From NCBI GenBank assembly GCA_002269645.1, contig NIVC01000190.1, positions 124,001 through 188,000 on the forward strand: a stretch of DNA of 64,000 nt. The letters are read 5' to 3'. The translations under genes were made by a program, and so were the position numbers. This document shows positions 1 through 31,529 of this stretch, in pieces; the first letter of the stretch is position 1, and each line of letters begins with the position of its first letter. The DNA is from Macrostomum lignano. Its lineage: Eukaryota. The notes beneath the pieces were generated by a model, which was not told where the DNA came from, made no database searches, and saw only the letters and a program-made list of their open reading frames with translations.

Positions 1-307
1 TCCCTGTTTGATCCTCATCGCTTTCTCTAATTTCCCTTTTTCACCATTCAAAGTACTCGCATGAGTTTTATTAGCTTCATCTTTCCAAGCAGTGTTGGCG
101 TTTATTTTTAGGATAAAGTCGATATCAAATTCTCATTAGAGGTAGACAAGAGATCGGAGGGTTATTTCCAAATAGGGACATGGTAGTTTAATAGCCGTGT
201 TGCTGTGGAATCTTGCGCGTGCCAAGATTACTAAGCAGTTTTTTACTGTTTATTAGTTTTGCTTATCCTTGTTGCATCAAATTCGAAAAATACCATTCTT
301 ATGCTCT

Positions 308-427
308 GGTCACACTCTAGTCCCTCGGCTCTTTGTCACACACTCTAGTCCCTCGGCTGTCTGTCACACACTGTAGTCCCTCGGCTGTCTGTCACACACT
401 CTAGTCCCTCGGCTGTCTGTCACACAG
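308..427. repeat. 28-bp tandem repeat, about 4 copies (TCACACACTCTAGTCCCTCGGCTGTCTG)
   Basis: Units read directly; intronic, close to the GPCR exon 465-618 donor. Confidence 0.9.
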
Positions 428-464
428 TCGTTATGGTATCCCTCACGTAGTCCTTTTCGCTTAC

Positions 465-3567
<3,103 letters not shown>

Positions 3568-4622
3568 CTAGGCTTGTGTGGTTCCAACCTGAAATTTATT
3601 CATTCATTTTGAGGTCTCTTGGGTAGAATTCTAAGAGACGGAGTTTTTGTAGATTTTAAAATATAAAATCTTTTTAATCTGCAAACCGCTAAAGAACGCT
3701 AGCTGTGTCTGGTGCTGTTTTTCGGCGATAAAGCGTTGCTCACTTTCGCCCACACCGGAGGCCAGAAAACACTTCTCTTCGTCAAATATTCTCCTAGGCC
3801 CTGGCATCTCATTTACTATGCATTGCCTGCTTTCAAAGTTTTCCACTCAAGTCTATTGACGAAATCTCCATGCGGTGCTTATCAGACCTCCCTCTCTCTC
3901 TTCTCTCTCTTCCTTCTTCTCGGTTTTCCCCAGGTGCATGCCCAGGTGAAAAAAGTCTACTTGGATATGAGACCTAGCTCATATGCGTATAGAGATCTGT
4001 CCGAGGCCTCTGTTTCGTTCAACGAATATTTGCCTTTATTTTCTACTGAGGAGACTTGCAAAGTTCCAACTTTGTAGTTTTGAGAGTGCTTCATGAGTAG
4101 CTTTTTCCCGAAAGTTCACACCGATATAGGGCACAAAAAAGCCTGGATAATATTCAACTATGCAAACCAAAACCTTTTTCAATGGGGAATTCGAAGAACT
4201 TCTCAAGGGTGTATATTTCTTAATCCACTCGTTGTGCCGTGTTTTTCTTCCAAGACGTTTCCTTCCTCCATCCTGCGATTGTATTTTTATCCCCTACATG
4301 TACGTTTTCCCAAAGGATTTCTGCTTTTCGTTGTTTAACTCTACGTACACGGAGAGACCGTGCAATGTTAAGCCTGAACAATGTTAAGCATAAGCAGCTC
4401 AATTCTTTTCCTTGATGCCAACAATTTTAATGTGTGCTCAGCTGCTAGCAGCGACTCACAAACTCAAATATTTGAGGACAAGCATTAAGGATGCACAAAT
4501 CCTCTTTGCTGTTGCTCAGAATTAGAGCTCACTTTATAAAGTGAGCTTCTTGCCAATTCTCAGCTATTTTTCACTTCAATCGAAAAATGCAACACCTTTT
4601 CAAGACTGCGTGGCCACCTGGT

Positions 4623-4690
4623 CAGGGGTCGGCAGGCTCCGGCCGGCCAGACACAAGCGGCCCGTGAAGCCTCTCTATCCGGCCCTTGGG
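4623..4690 (+). mobile_element. Possible hAT-type MITE end
   Basis: CAGGGGTCGGCA...CGGCCCGTGAAGCC...ATCCGGCCC resembles common hAT MITE termini; no partner TIR found. Confidence 0.35.
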
Positions 4691-4744
4691 TCCCTGATAA
4701 CTTTGCAATAGCAATCCAGCCAGTTTAAGGTTTGTGACTCTGCT

Positions 4745-4960
4745 CAGCTCTCTCTCTCTTTCCCCCCTCTCTCTCTCTCTCTCTCTCTCTCCGTCTTTCC
4801 TCTTCTCTCCTCTCTCCCATCTCCCCTCTCCCCTCTCCTCTCTCTCCTCTCCTCTCTTCTCTCCTCTTTTCTCCTCTCCCCTCCCCTTTTCTCTGCTCAT
4901 ATGTTTTATCTCCTCTCTTCTCTCATATCTCATCTTCTATTCTCTCTCATTTCCACTCTC
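4745..4960. repeat. CT-rich low-complexity tract
   Basis: Seen directly. Confidence 0.9.
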
Positions 4961-5334
4961 ATCTGCCTGCAGCCGTGAGCTGGATTCTATATCTCTATAG
5001 GCCCTGAGGCAAACAATTATTTGCCTTTTGAACTTATCGCTATCGAAATTGAAGGCAAATTGCACTCATTGATTCGTTTTAAACATTACAAAGCTCATGC
5101 AACTACCTGATAGACAATATTTCTGACAAGCTGTCTCAACACAATTGTTCAATTAAACAAAACTCTCAGTTGTCTGGCACTTCTGTATTTTTTCTCCTCT
5201 CCTCTCCTTCCCAACATATTCGGCGGGATGCATAGAACGAAGGATAAGTTAGTTGGGTTCTTCTGGACGCTCTCAAACCGAATATCCGGTGGCAACTTAA
5301 CTACTGCAGCACCGAGGTCGAATTCCTGGACACC

Positions 5335-5719
5335 ACCTCTCCTCTCCTCGTCTCCTTTCCTCTCCTCTCCTCTCCTCTCCTCTCCTCTCCTCTCCTCTCC
5401 TCTCCTCTCCTCTCCTCTCCTCTCCTCTCCTCTCCTCTCCTCTCCTCTCCTCTCCTCTCCTCTCCTCTCCTCTCCTCTCCTCTCCTCTCCTCTCCTCTCC
5501 TCTCCTCTCCTCTCCTCTCCTCTCCTCTCCTCTCCTCTCCTCTCCTCTCCTCTCCTCTCCTCAAATCTCCTTTCCTCTCCTCTCCTCTCCTCTCCTCTCC
5601 TCTCCTCTCCTCTCCTCTCCTCTCCTCTCCTCTCCTCTCCTCTCCTCTCCTCTCCTCTCCTCTCCTCTCCTCTCCTCTCCTCTCCTCTCCTCAAATCTCC
5701 TTTCCTCTCCTCTCCTTTC
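5335..5719. repeat. (TCTCC)n microsatellite
   Basis: Seen directly. Confidence 0.97.
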
Positions 5720-6100
5720 CTAGGAGTAAAAAGTATGGCTTCGAGCTCTGTAATAAACTTCTAGATAGCACTCTGTGACAATCAGATATAGTAAAATAAT
5801 AGTTGGTGTGTACATACCAAGCGATCTATTTGTACCGAATTCCTGGTGACAAGGCTCCATTGTATGCGTTGTAAATATTGATAAATAACATAAAACTTGT
5901 TGGTAATAAAAGTTCAAAAGAACTCTGTCCGGGTTTCAAAGAACCACCTGAAGTTCTCGAAAATATTCCTTTGAATAAACGAATAAAGCAAAACAGGCAC
6001 CTGATCTTATTGGCCGTTGAATCTTGATCCAATAAGAGACAGACAAAAAATTACAGTTTAACTGTGGTCTAATACTACTCATAGTAGTTCGCTTATCACT

Positions 6101-6730
6101 ATGGCACTTGCGGTCTCTATCTGGCACTTGCGGTCTCTATCTGGCACTTGCGGTCTCTATCTGGCACTTGCCGTCTCTATCTGGCACTTGCGGTCTCTAT
6201 CTGGCACTTGCCGTCTCTATCTGGCACTTGCGGTCTCTATCTGGCACTTGCCGTCTCTATCTGGCACTTGTGGTCTCTATCTGGCACTTGCCGTCTCTAT
6301 CTGGCACTTGCGGTCTCTATCTGGCACTTGCGGTCTCTATCTGGCACTTGCCGTCTCTATCTGGCACTTGCGGTCTCTATCTGGTACTTGCGGTCTCTAT
6401 CTGGTACTTGCGGTCTCTATCTGGCACTTGCCGTCTCTATCTGGCACTTGCGGTCTCTATCTGGCACTTGCGGTCTCTATCTGGCACTTGCGGTCTCTAT
6501 CTGGCACTTGCGGTCTCTATCTGGCACTTGCCGTCTCTATCTGGCACTTGCGGTCTCTATCTGGCACTTGCCGTTTCTATCTGGTACTTGCGGTCTCTAT
6601 CTGGTACTTGCGGTCTCTATCTGGCACTTGCCGTCTCTATCTGGCACTTGCGGTCTCTATCTGGCACTTGCGGTCTCTATCTGGCACTTGCGGTCTCTAT
6701 CTGGCACTTGCGGTCTCTATCTGCACTTGC
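6101..6730. repeat. 20-bp minisatellite, about 31 copies (CTGGCACTTGCGGTCTCTAT)
   Basis: Seen directly. Confidence 0.97.
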
Positions 6731-6734
6731 GCTT

Positions 6735-7570
6735 GCCGACCCCTGGTTCTCAATCGGAGTTGCGTCCAGTGCTATGGTGAAACTGGCTCTCACCTGTGTG
6801 AGTCGGAGTCGCATGTGTACTTTAATTATGTACATTTTGTGGTTGCGGGTTCTTGCGAGAGCCGAACTATTTTTCCACCTCGCGCCAACCGTCTGAGTTT
6901 ACTCACTACAATGGCGTCGCAAGCCGCGAACTAATAAGCAGCATGACACAGCAAATTTCACTAGCGCTGCCCGGCCCGTTTGCAATAGAATGCGACACTC
7001 ACACCCAAGCGTGGGGCAGCTTGGGCTCGCAGGTTTGAGACCTAAATCGCAGCGGCCGGAATCTCTGACGAGAAAAGGGCGCAGCAGCTGCTTCTTTAAG
7101 CGGCCGGAGAAGAACTGCAGAATGTAGTTGAGAAGAACCAGACCGCGGCAGGTGAGGGTCACAAGGACCTCGTGAAAAACATCCAGCAACACTGGGACGG
7201 AAAGAACAACATTGTCTTCCTCCGCTTCAAATTTGAGACCTGTCGACAGCAGGCGGAAGAGTCAGTGGACCAGTGGCATCAGCGGCTGACGCCTGCAACT
7301 TTGGACAGCTGCGAGACTCTCTCATTCGCGACAAGATAGTCGCCTATTGCTCATCTGAGAGGCTGCGCTGAGACCTGCTGCAAACCAAGGACATCTCACT
7401 TGACGAAGTCTTAAAAAGGCGAGAGCAAAGGAAGCAGCAGAGCAGCAGGCCAGCGCTATGGAAGCACCCCTCCGATTCGTATTGATTGGGAGCGGTCCGA
7501 TGTACATAAGTAGAGTACACATGCGACCCCGACTCACAACCTGTTTGCACGACTGATCAAGTGTTACATT
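6735..7570 (+). pseudogene. Degenerate Ty3/Gypsy gag relic with LTR-like flank
   Basis: Frameshifted reading IVFLRFKFETCRQQAEESVDQWHQRL / CNFGQLRDSLIRDKIV / DLLQTKDISLDEVLK matches the Gypsy gag pattern (xFxxxxQxxxESxDxxxxxL...CxFGxLxDxLIRDxIV). A putative LTR ends ...ACTACA at 6910, followed by a TGG PBS-like start. Confidence 0.75.
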
Positions 7571-7642
7571 TCCATTTCCAAAAAATTTCCATCTAGTCTT
7601 CATTCTTTGACTTGAAAAGTGCATTTGACATGGTGCATCTTA

Positions 7643-7972
7643 GGGGGGGGGGTAGCCCGGTGGTCAAGCAAGGCGCTCTTATAGGCCATCAGCAGCCCAG
7701 TCTCCAAGTGCAGTCACATTAATTTGAAGCTAAATTGAAATCTCGGGTTGGCTCTGCTCGTGCCATTAACGCCCTTGAGAGCCAAACCTCAAGGCACAGT
7801 GAAGTGTACATGCCTAACGATAAATAAAGTTAGGGCTGCTGTACACTTCTGTGTGAGTGCGTGCCTGTGCGTATGACTGCGTACGTATCCGCGCGCTTGT
7901 GTGCCTGCTCAGGGGAGTCGGCGGAATGGGCAGCAATGCCTCTCAATGTCGCTTGAGCTGCACCAGGGTACT
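7643..7972 (+). mobile_element. tRNA-derived SINE family A, copy 1
   Basis: A-box TAGCCCGGTGG; body AAGGCACAGTGAAGTGTACATGCCTAACGATAAATAAAGTTAGG...GGAGTCGGCGGAATGGGCAG shared with copies at 12585, 36560/39953, 47905 and 48783. Confidence 0.85.
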
Positions 7973-8029
7973 GAAAAAATTCAACATCAATATTCTTTTG
8001 CGCTTGGAAATGCATCAAAAAAGCAAGCC

Positions 8030-8084
8030 CAGGGACTACTCAAACATGCCCAGAGACTACTCAAACATGTTTGAGTAGTCCCTG
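8030..8084. mobile_element. 55-bp hAT-like micro-MITE with 8-bp TSD
   Basis: TIR CAGGGACTACTCAAAC...GTTTGAGTAGTCCCTG; identical AGCAAGCC on both sides (8022-8029, 8085-8092). Confidence 0.8.
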
Positions 8085-8528
8085 AGCAAGCCGTCACCTG
8101 CTGGCATCAGGGCACGATGGCGAGAACAGTGCGCCATCAATGATGAAAGTCTCCTGCTTGTGCGGCAGACGTGTCACAAAATTGGGATTGTCAGCTACCG
8201 GAAGTGGCCCTAGGAAGTAACAGATGAATTTTCGGATGAAGTGAAATGGGATTTTCTATACGAAAAAACACAGTGAAGGGCTGAGAGACGTGACTCGGCA
8301 CAATGCGAGGGGATTTGGAAAATAATGAAATCCCGGGAATCAATGCGACTTTGTTTGAGTCGCTTTTTCAATCGAAAAGGGAAGTCGCTGATTGGGAGAC
8401 TTTGATGAGAGATGAAAGGACTGTTACCATGGAAACGGAAACACAATTCTGCTTTTAAATCGCAATAGAAAATCGCAAGCAAGACAAGTTGGCAGAAATT
8501 TTAAAGAGAAGCAGTAAAGATAGCATAG

Positions 8529-13793
<5,265 letters not shown>

Positions 13794-14667
13794 TTTGAAC
13801 AGAACTTGAATTACTAGCACTGCTGTTAATTAATTTAATATGAGCAAGGAGCTCTTGTTCCAGTTGATGTCTGTCTGTCTGTCTGTCTGGTTAACTGTTA
13901 AATTTAAAATTGCAAACGAATCTTTAAAGAATTGAGTTCAGAGTGTTTCAAGACCAATTTATCAATAAATATTATATTTTATAGTATATTTTCTTTTGAC
14001 TAATAGAAAGATTTGTAAGAAACAAATTGGTTTTGTCCAATCCATATTGTCCAATGATTTTGCGAACTAAACGGCACGATGAATTGAGTAGGAAAAGTTG
14101 GAAAAGTAGCGAATGCAATTGCTCTGATTTAGACTTTATCAGAGTTTATTTTTACAAGTAGAAAACCACAAATAGTTTGCGGTAGTGGGGTGAGGACTCA
14201 CTCACTGCTTCACTCTGAAAGTGTAGCTTAATAGGCAAGAATGGATAAATACCGGCGCTCGCCAGACAATCGTTGTCACGTGCTACGACCGCTGATTTGA
14301 GGATCCTAAAAACAATGCATTGTTTGTAGCAATGTATTGTTCTGCATAAAAAATGCGAATAATGATCGTCAAATTGCTAAACAATGGATTTCTATACACA
14401 TTGAGCCTTCCATGGTCCGTGCATCAATGTTGCTCGTGCAGGCACGCCCATAGACACTTGGGCTATAATAGGAGTAGCTTCGCTGCACTCCCAGCCCAGC
14501 CATGCAGCCGATCGGTGCAGTTCTAATTCTTTATTGTCTATGGTCGCTCTGGGTCTCTTTTCAAAGCGGTAAAGAATCATGATTTTGGTAAAAACAGAGT
14601 CATCAGCAATCTTCGATTCATTAGTGTATTCGCTGGGTGATTTTAAATATTCGATAAAGCGACAAGT

Positions 14668-17600
14668 ATGATCCCAAAAAAGTTAGTTATTATATTGATA
14701 GTTTTGATCACTTTGCCGAATCTAATCAATTCTTCATCGAATGACATGATACAAACAAAGAGCGCCGCCGAAAACAACAGATTGCAACACTGGAAGGCTG
14801 ATCTGATTGGCGAGTTGGAACTGATGCGAATACGCGACCGGAACGCTGGCCTAATCCGGCCCAGAGGCACCAATTCTTATCGGATGCTCGGTTTGAGAAC
14901 TTTCAACCTGATGACTAATCCAATTGTGAAATCAATGGAGTCCGGGTTTCCTGGAAATGCCTACGCCAGCGGAGCCCTGCCAGTTTTGTTCTGGTGGGTT
15001 CGACTTCAAGGCACTTTCTGCGTTGAGGACCGTACGAAAAATCCTAGGCAGCAAAAAGCCTGTAGGGTGCTTCGCGATGCCAACAATTGCAACGAGTTGT
15101 TTCAGGTAAAGTCTGTATTGAGTGATGCCTTTGACAAACGTAAAGAATGCACTGCCGCAGCTATTTGCGCATCTGAAGGCTGCGTACGGCTGTTCAGTCC
15201 AAGGACTGGGGGGTCACCACACACACCCTCAATTACAGCAGCTAATGCTGGCATTCTTTTTACAGCTGGGTGAACTGAAGCAATGCAAAGTTAAGTGTCT
15301 TTGCTCAAGGACCACAAATTTTTCCGAGTGGTTTGAGAATCGAACCACCGACCTTTTAGTCACGAGTCCGACACTCTAACCACCTGAAATTTCGGGTGAA
15401 CTGAACGAACTTGGTTGACCCAATGAACCTCAGGTAATTAGAATTTCAGGTGGGTTGAACTTCAGATCGTTTCTCGGATTCCGTATTGCTTAAACTTTAA
15501 ATTTCTTAAACTTCTAGTCGATTAACATTGCATTAAAAAAAACAAAGGGTTTTGAAAATCAGAATTGTAAGGTCAAATTCCTGTCTTGACTCCAACACAG
15601 ATTCACACTTTTAACACAATGCTGCATCAAATGGACTGGCAAAAACTGATGGATAACTGCAACGAAATCAAGCAGCCCCGCTGCTCCTGGCACAGATTCC
15701 TGGGCCTGCTTGACCCGTTCGCCATCGACTATTATTCTCAGCTGGATCTCGGCATGGTCACCCGGTTCGATGGGTTCAGCAGACGATACGAGAATCCGCA
15801 CACATTCGGGCCAATATTCTACCTGCCCTACAAGGAGAAAAGCTGCTATCCGATTCGGGACATCGACACACTGTCGGCTTTATACATTTACAACTTTTGT
15901 ATGCGCTACAAAAGTGAGTTCAAGGGGGCCAAAGGGGATTGCATTGACAACTAATGCGTGTGTTTGGTCCGATGTTTTACCAATGTAGACAAATTCGGCC
16001 GTTGAATAACTAAAGCCATTGAAGCTACCGTGTCTATTGTACAGACGGGATGTGGTACATGTACAGGAGCTGTAGCCCTTGAAAATAGGCAGGATATTTT
16101 CAGCTGTCGCAGAATGTATTTCCTCTTGACATTATTGACGTCTGTAGGCTTGTTCATAGTCTCAATTGAACGAATTATATACTACCCAAGTCGGGTTCAG
16201 TGCTAATCATAAGCTGAGTTTAGAAATTCATTGGCCAATTGCTCAGAGTTGCTGCTCAACGCATCGACTGAAGCATTTCGACAGCAGCGCTACATCTGTC
16301 CCAATCCGTGTCTCGGAAATCCGTGCGCCAGAAAAAACTTTGCCACAGGTAGTTGCGTTGTTCTCGGCTTCCTGCAGACCGACTACGAGTGCAAGTGCCG
16401 GCATAATTTCCAGTTCGATCGCAACATCGGCCAGTGCAAACCGATGGACCTGTGCAGGGGCGACATGTTCTGCAGCAAGATGGGCACTTCGGCCTGCAAG
16501 TTTAATGTCACCTCAGGACAGGTCACGTGCGTCTGTCACAGCAGCTTTATGGGCCGAAGATGCCGGGCGAGAAACAATGCGTGCATTAACAGGCGAGTCA
16601 AGCTATGACGAAATCTATTAAACGTATTTCGACTCATAGCAGAGACTCTTTACACTTACCCCTAACTTTTGCAGCTGCACTTTAATATACAAGTACAATT
16701 TTAATTGTACTTTGAGTTACTTTGACCAACACTCTGAAATGTATCAATGAAACACTTGATAAAAGCTACAAACACTCGAGGGGTGTTTGTCAGTCAGGTA
16801 CTTTAACAGACACTCCGAAGTGTATCAATGAAACAGTTTAACAACTACAAACACTCGAGGGGTGTGTGTCAGTCAGGTACTTTAACAGACACTCCAAAGT
16901 GTATCAATAAAATATAAATAAAAACTTAGACAAACATGGGAGTGTTTCAATGAGGCACTTGTGTCTGTTTGTCTAGTGGCTTGCAAACCAGATTTAGGAT
17001 TTGCAGAGTTCATTATACTCGCTAAATGTCTTACCGCAAGATTCATAAAAACTAGTATCAACCGAATTCAACAACCACACTCTCAGATCGCACCATCCGG
17101 AACTTGTGACTGGCAATGAAGCATGTCGCGTCACTGGTTTCACTGGCAACGAATGCGTGCCAGAGATTGGCACCAGCCTGTACAGATGCAAATGCAGCCC
17201 CGGCTACCTGCCTAGCAGAGATCATCCCTATAGCAACTGCTACAAGACTGAGACACTGTGCACAAAGCGAGTTTGCCTCTATGGCAGCTGCATTGAGAGC
17301 CAGGACGGCAGCAACACGTCCTGCCAGTGCGAGCACGGCTTCCATGGCAAGAGCTGCGAACACCTGAAAGGTCTCTGGTCGCAGTGGACTCCCTGGACGC
17401 CCTGCAGTCCGCACTGCAGCCACCGATTCGGTGACGTCACTAAGAAACGTCGTCGAGTCTGCCTCGGCCCCAGCGTCGACTGTTTCGGTCCGGAGGCCGA
17501 GTTTGAAGTTTGTCACGATGCCGAGAAGTGCTTGGATCCGCTGCCGCCGGAAGCGGACGCTCTGCGTCACCTGCGCACCTGGTGTAGCGAGACTTTCCAG

Positions 17601-17756
17601 CCGTTAATAATTGGAATAACAATCTGGGTGTCCACTGGCTTGGTTGGGGCCAAGCTATTGGAGGTCAGCCTTGGCAAGCTGCTCCGTATCGCCTTCGAGC
17701 GATGGCAGATGCGGATTAACCCGCCACCAACCATGGAACTGCCGTCTACTGATTGA
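14668..17756 (+). CDS. Type I membrane protein, about 588 aa: signal peptide, unknown N-terminal domain, about 4 EGF-like repeats, TSP1, TM. Exons 14668-15105, 15601-15913, 16247-16592, 17087-17756
   Basis: Phase-consistent splicing (0,1,2). EGF cysteine patterns (CPNPCLGNPC...YECKC; CQCEHGFHGKSCE); TSP1 WSQWTPWTPCSPHC...RRRVC; hydrophobic segment PLIIGITIWVSTGLVGAKLL. Confidence 0.88.
15150..15382 (-). mobile_element. SINE family B in intron 1 of the EGF/TSP1 gene
   Basis: Reverse complement matches the 22869, 30533 and 40624 copies. Confidence 0.85.
16730..16910. repeat. About 80-bp degenerate tandem duplication (2-3 units)
   Basis: Repeated ACAAACACTCGAGGGGTG..GTCAGTCAGGTACTTTAACAGACACTCC.AAGTGTATCAAT. 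Confidence 0.75.
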
Positions 17757-19859
17757 AGCTGATTCAACTTAAAGCTTTGAGATATGTCTAGTTAACCAGG
17801 TAGCTGTTGATGGTTTCAATGGTTGACTGAAGATGCGCTCAAAAGTGTGGGATGTAGGTTAAAGCATTGTAAACCTACAATGTAACTCGCAGCATCCTTT
17901 TCACTCTGTAGTTGACAGGTCGTATAAAAATTAAAGTCGTTTTTAAGCTCGTTACCATCAGCTGTTTGCTGTTGCTCCAAAAGTCGTAGATTGATGCTAA
18001 ACATTTTCACTCATTTTTCCGAGTGTATGTTTATTTTGTCGAAATTGCACTTATGATAATACGCTGCTTTAAACGGTGCCTACTCATCATCTATCAAATT
18101 GATATCAGTTGTTAAATCGATCTGATCTACAAGGATTTGAGGATTTGGGGTCTTAAGTCTTACCTAAAATCGTACTCATTTAATCCTCATTCTTCCTCCT
18201 TTCATCTAGGATTTACTATAGCAGTTCGATGATCATCATCAGAGTTAGCAAAAGCTGCTCCGGTATTATGGGAAGGCATTAATAATTTTATACGAGCTAT
18301 CCTTTTACCTGCTCGAGTGCGACCTAATCAGCAGGATTGATAGGGAAACATGAGCCAAATAAACCCCTCCTCTCCCGAGGCCTGAGATTTGCAATGGTGT
18401 CTCGCTTCGAGAGTATCGACCGGCAGTATCAAGTCTCTCCGTTTCGATTCGCCTCTCTCTCGGCGTGAAACTCGTTTTAAAATAGCAAAAACAGCTAGAG
18501 TGACACGTTATTGAGAAGCTCTCAAAGAGGTTTCGTTCTCAAAAAATATAAACTTGCATCCCGAGTATAGATCGCTCGAGCAGAAAGATGCCACATTCGC
18601 AAGTCGTGCAAATTTCGTTAGTTTGTTTTTGTTAGTTTGTTTTTAACGCTAAATTCTCACGATATTTCACCTTCTGGGCTCCCAAATTGATAACTGAACA
18701 AGTGTGTGTTTTATGTTTTATGAACAAGTTTTATGTTAGCTGGGTAAAAAATGCTTTTTTTACAAAACAATTATTACAATGCAACTTTGCTAAATTATGA
18801 CCAAGCAAATAAAGCAAATTTGTCTATGGCGGAACCCCAATCAGTGCTATGCGTTCTCTAGAGCAAACGTTTATTCTTATTCGTTTCTGTGTGCAGAATT
18901 TCCAAATGGAAAATAAATTTTGTCTATGGCAAAACCTCCTTTAAGTTAAGTCTAAAGGAGAAATTTATTTTTAGAAACTGATGAAAAACCTTTCGTCACA
19001 CCTTCTCCAGCGTGCCGGCTTGCTATTGTCTATGGTTGAACTTCATGGTCTGTGGTTCATATAGCCTCAAATAAGATTGACGAAAAATCACTTTTAATTG
19101 CGTTGCGTTCAAGAATATTTAGGTTTTTAATAAAATAATCGAGTGTACAAGCATCCTTTTAATTCAACGGCTCATGGCTCTGCGTTAGGCTAATCACTCT
19201 ATCGACAGCTGGACAGCTGGAAGCAGTGTAGCACCAAAGCTACGGAACATAGGCAGGAGAAAGGCCCAGAGCTAGCGCCCTATGGACCATGGAAGTCCAG
19301 CTTCCTCTCTGCATCTTGTAATCCCTCTCTCATCCTGTACCGCCCACCGCCGACGACTAGCATCCAAGATTCCAAGCCCAATTTCCCTTCGTAAGCAGAG
19401 TCTCCACCAAAAATCCATGGGCAGGAGGTCCACCGCACACGCACACTCACGCACACATCCTCTCTGTCTCTTCAACCCTTCTCTCACTCCGGTACTTATA
19501 TAGTTTGCATTGTTCCCATTGCATTATTTCTCTGTGTATAGAGTAGGACCGATGGGAGAGGCCGGCACTGCTATACTCCCCCCTTCCCCAATGCATCCAA
19601 CGTCAGAGAGCAGTGAGCCATGGAGCTCCGTGTACACGTAGAAGCTGGATTGAAAACTTGTACACATGAAACTTTGATTTTTAGTTTCGTCTCGTTTCAT
19701 AGTTTTATGAGTCAACTGTTTTATTATAATTAAATTTCGATTTAAAAATATTTCAATTGTGCTAGAAGCCAACAGCACGCCTATTAATAAACTTTTTCAA
19801 TCCAGATTTCATGTCTCTAGAAGTCCATGAATTAGGCAAGGAATGTTACAGCTGAGAGC

Positions 19860-20000
19860 CTATATCAATTCCCCTCCCCCCAGCCCAAATTGGTACGGAC
19901 TCTCCGGGGCCGGGCCAATCAACTCTCTTCATCAGCGGCTCAATCGGGCGAGGCGCCCACTGAAGTATGAAGCAATAAAATGCTGCGAGGACGGCTGAGC
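19860..20000 (+). promoter_or_regulatory. Putative CCAAT/GC-rich promoter of the MATH-domain gene
   Basis: ATTGG, GGCCAATCA and GC-rich boxes 140-280 bp upstream of ATG 20138. Confidence 0.4.
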
Positions 20001-20137
20001 AGCAGCTGAAGCCTCGCAGATTCCCCTAAGGTTCTGCGTTCCCAAACCAACTGAATCTGCACTCACCTGACCCGAGGTAAATGCCCCAGTTCTGTTAATT
20101 AAGCTGAGGCTGCAGCATCACTAACTCGGCATCGTCA

Positions 20138-31404
<11,267 letters not shown>

Positions 31405-31529
31405 AACTTTACTGATTTAAATATAAATACGCTCGTACGACCGTAACACTGATAAGATTACCTAATCTTAGAAGGATAACTTCTACCGTATAATCCGGTT
31501 GCTGAGTAAGCAGCAGTGGTGGGTAAGGG

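Noticed and set aside
5200-5340. Exon-like unique sequence between CT repeats
   Set aside because: No convincing splice sites or family motif linking it to the GPCR.
15914-16246. Apparent stop or frameshift in the EGF/TSP1 gene after GDCIDN
   Set aside because: Explained by a phase-1 intron starting at AAA A/GTGAGT (15914).
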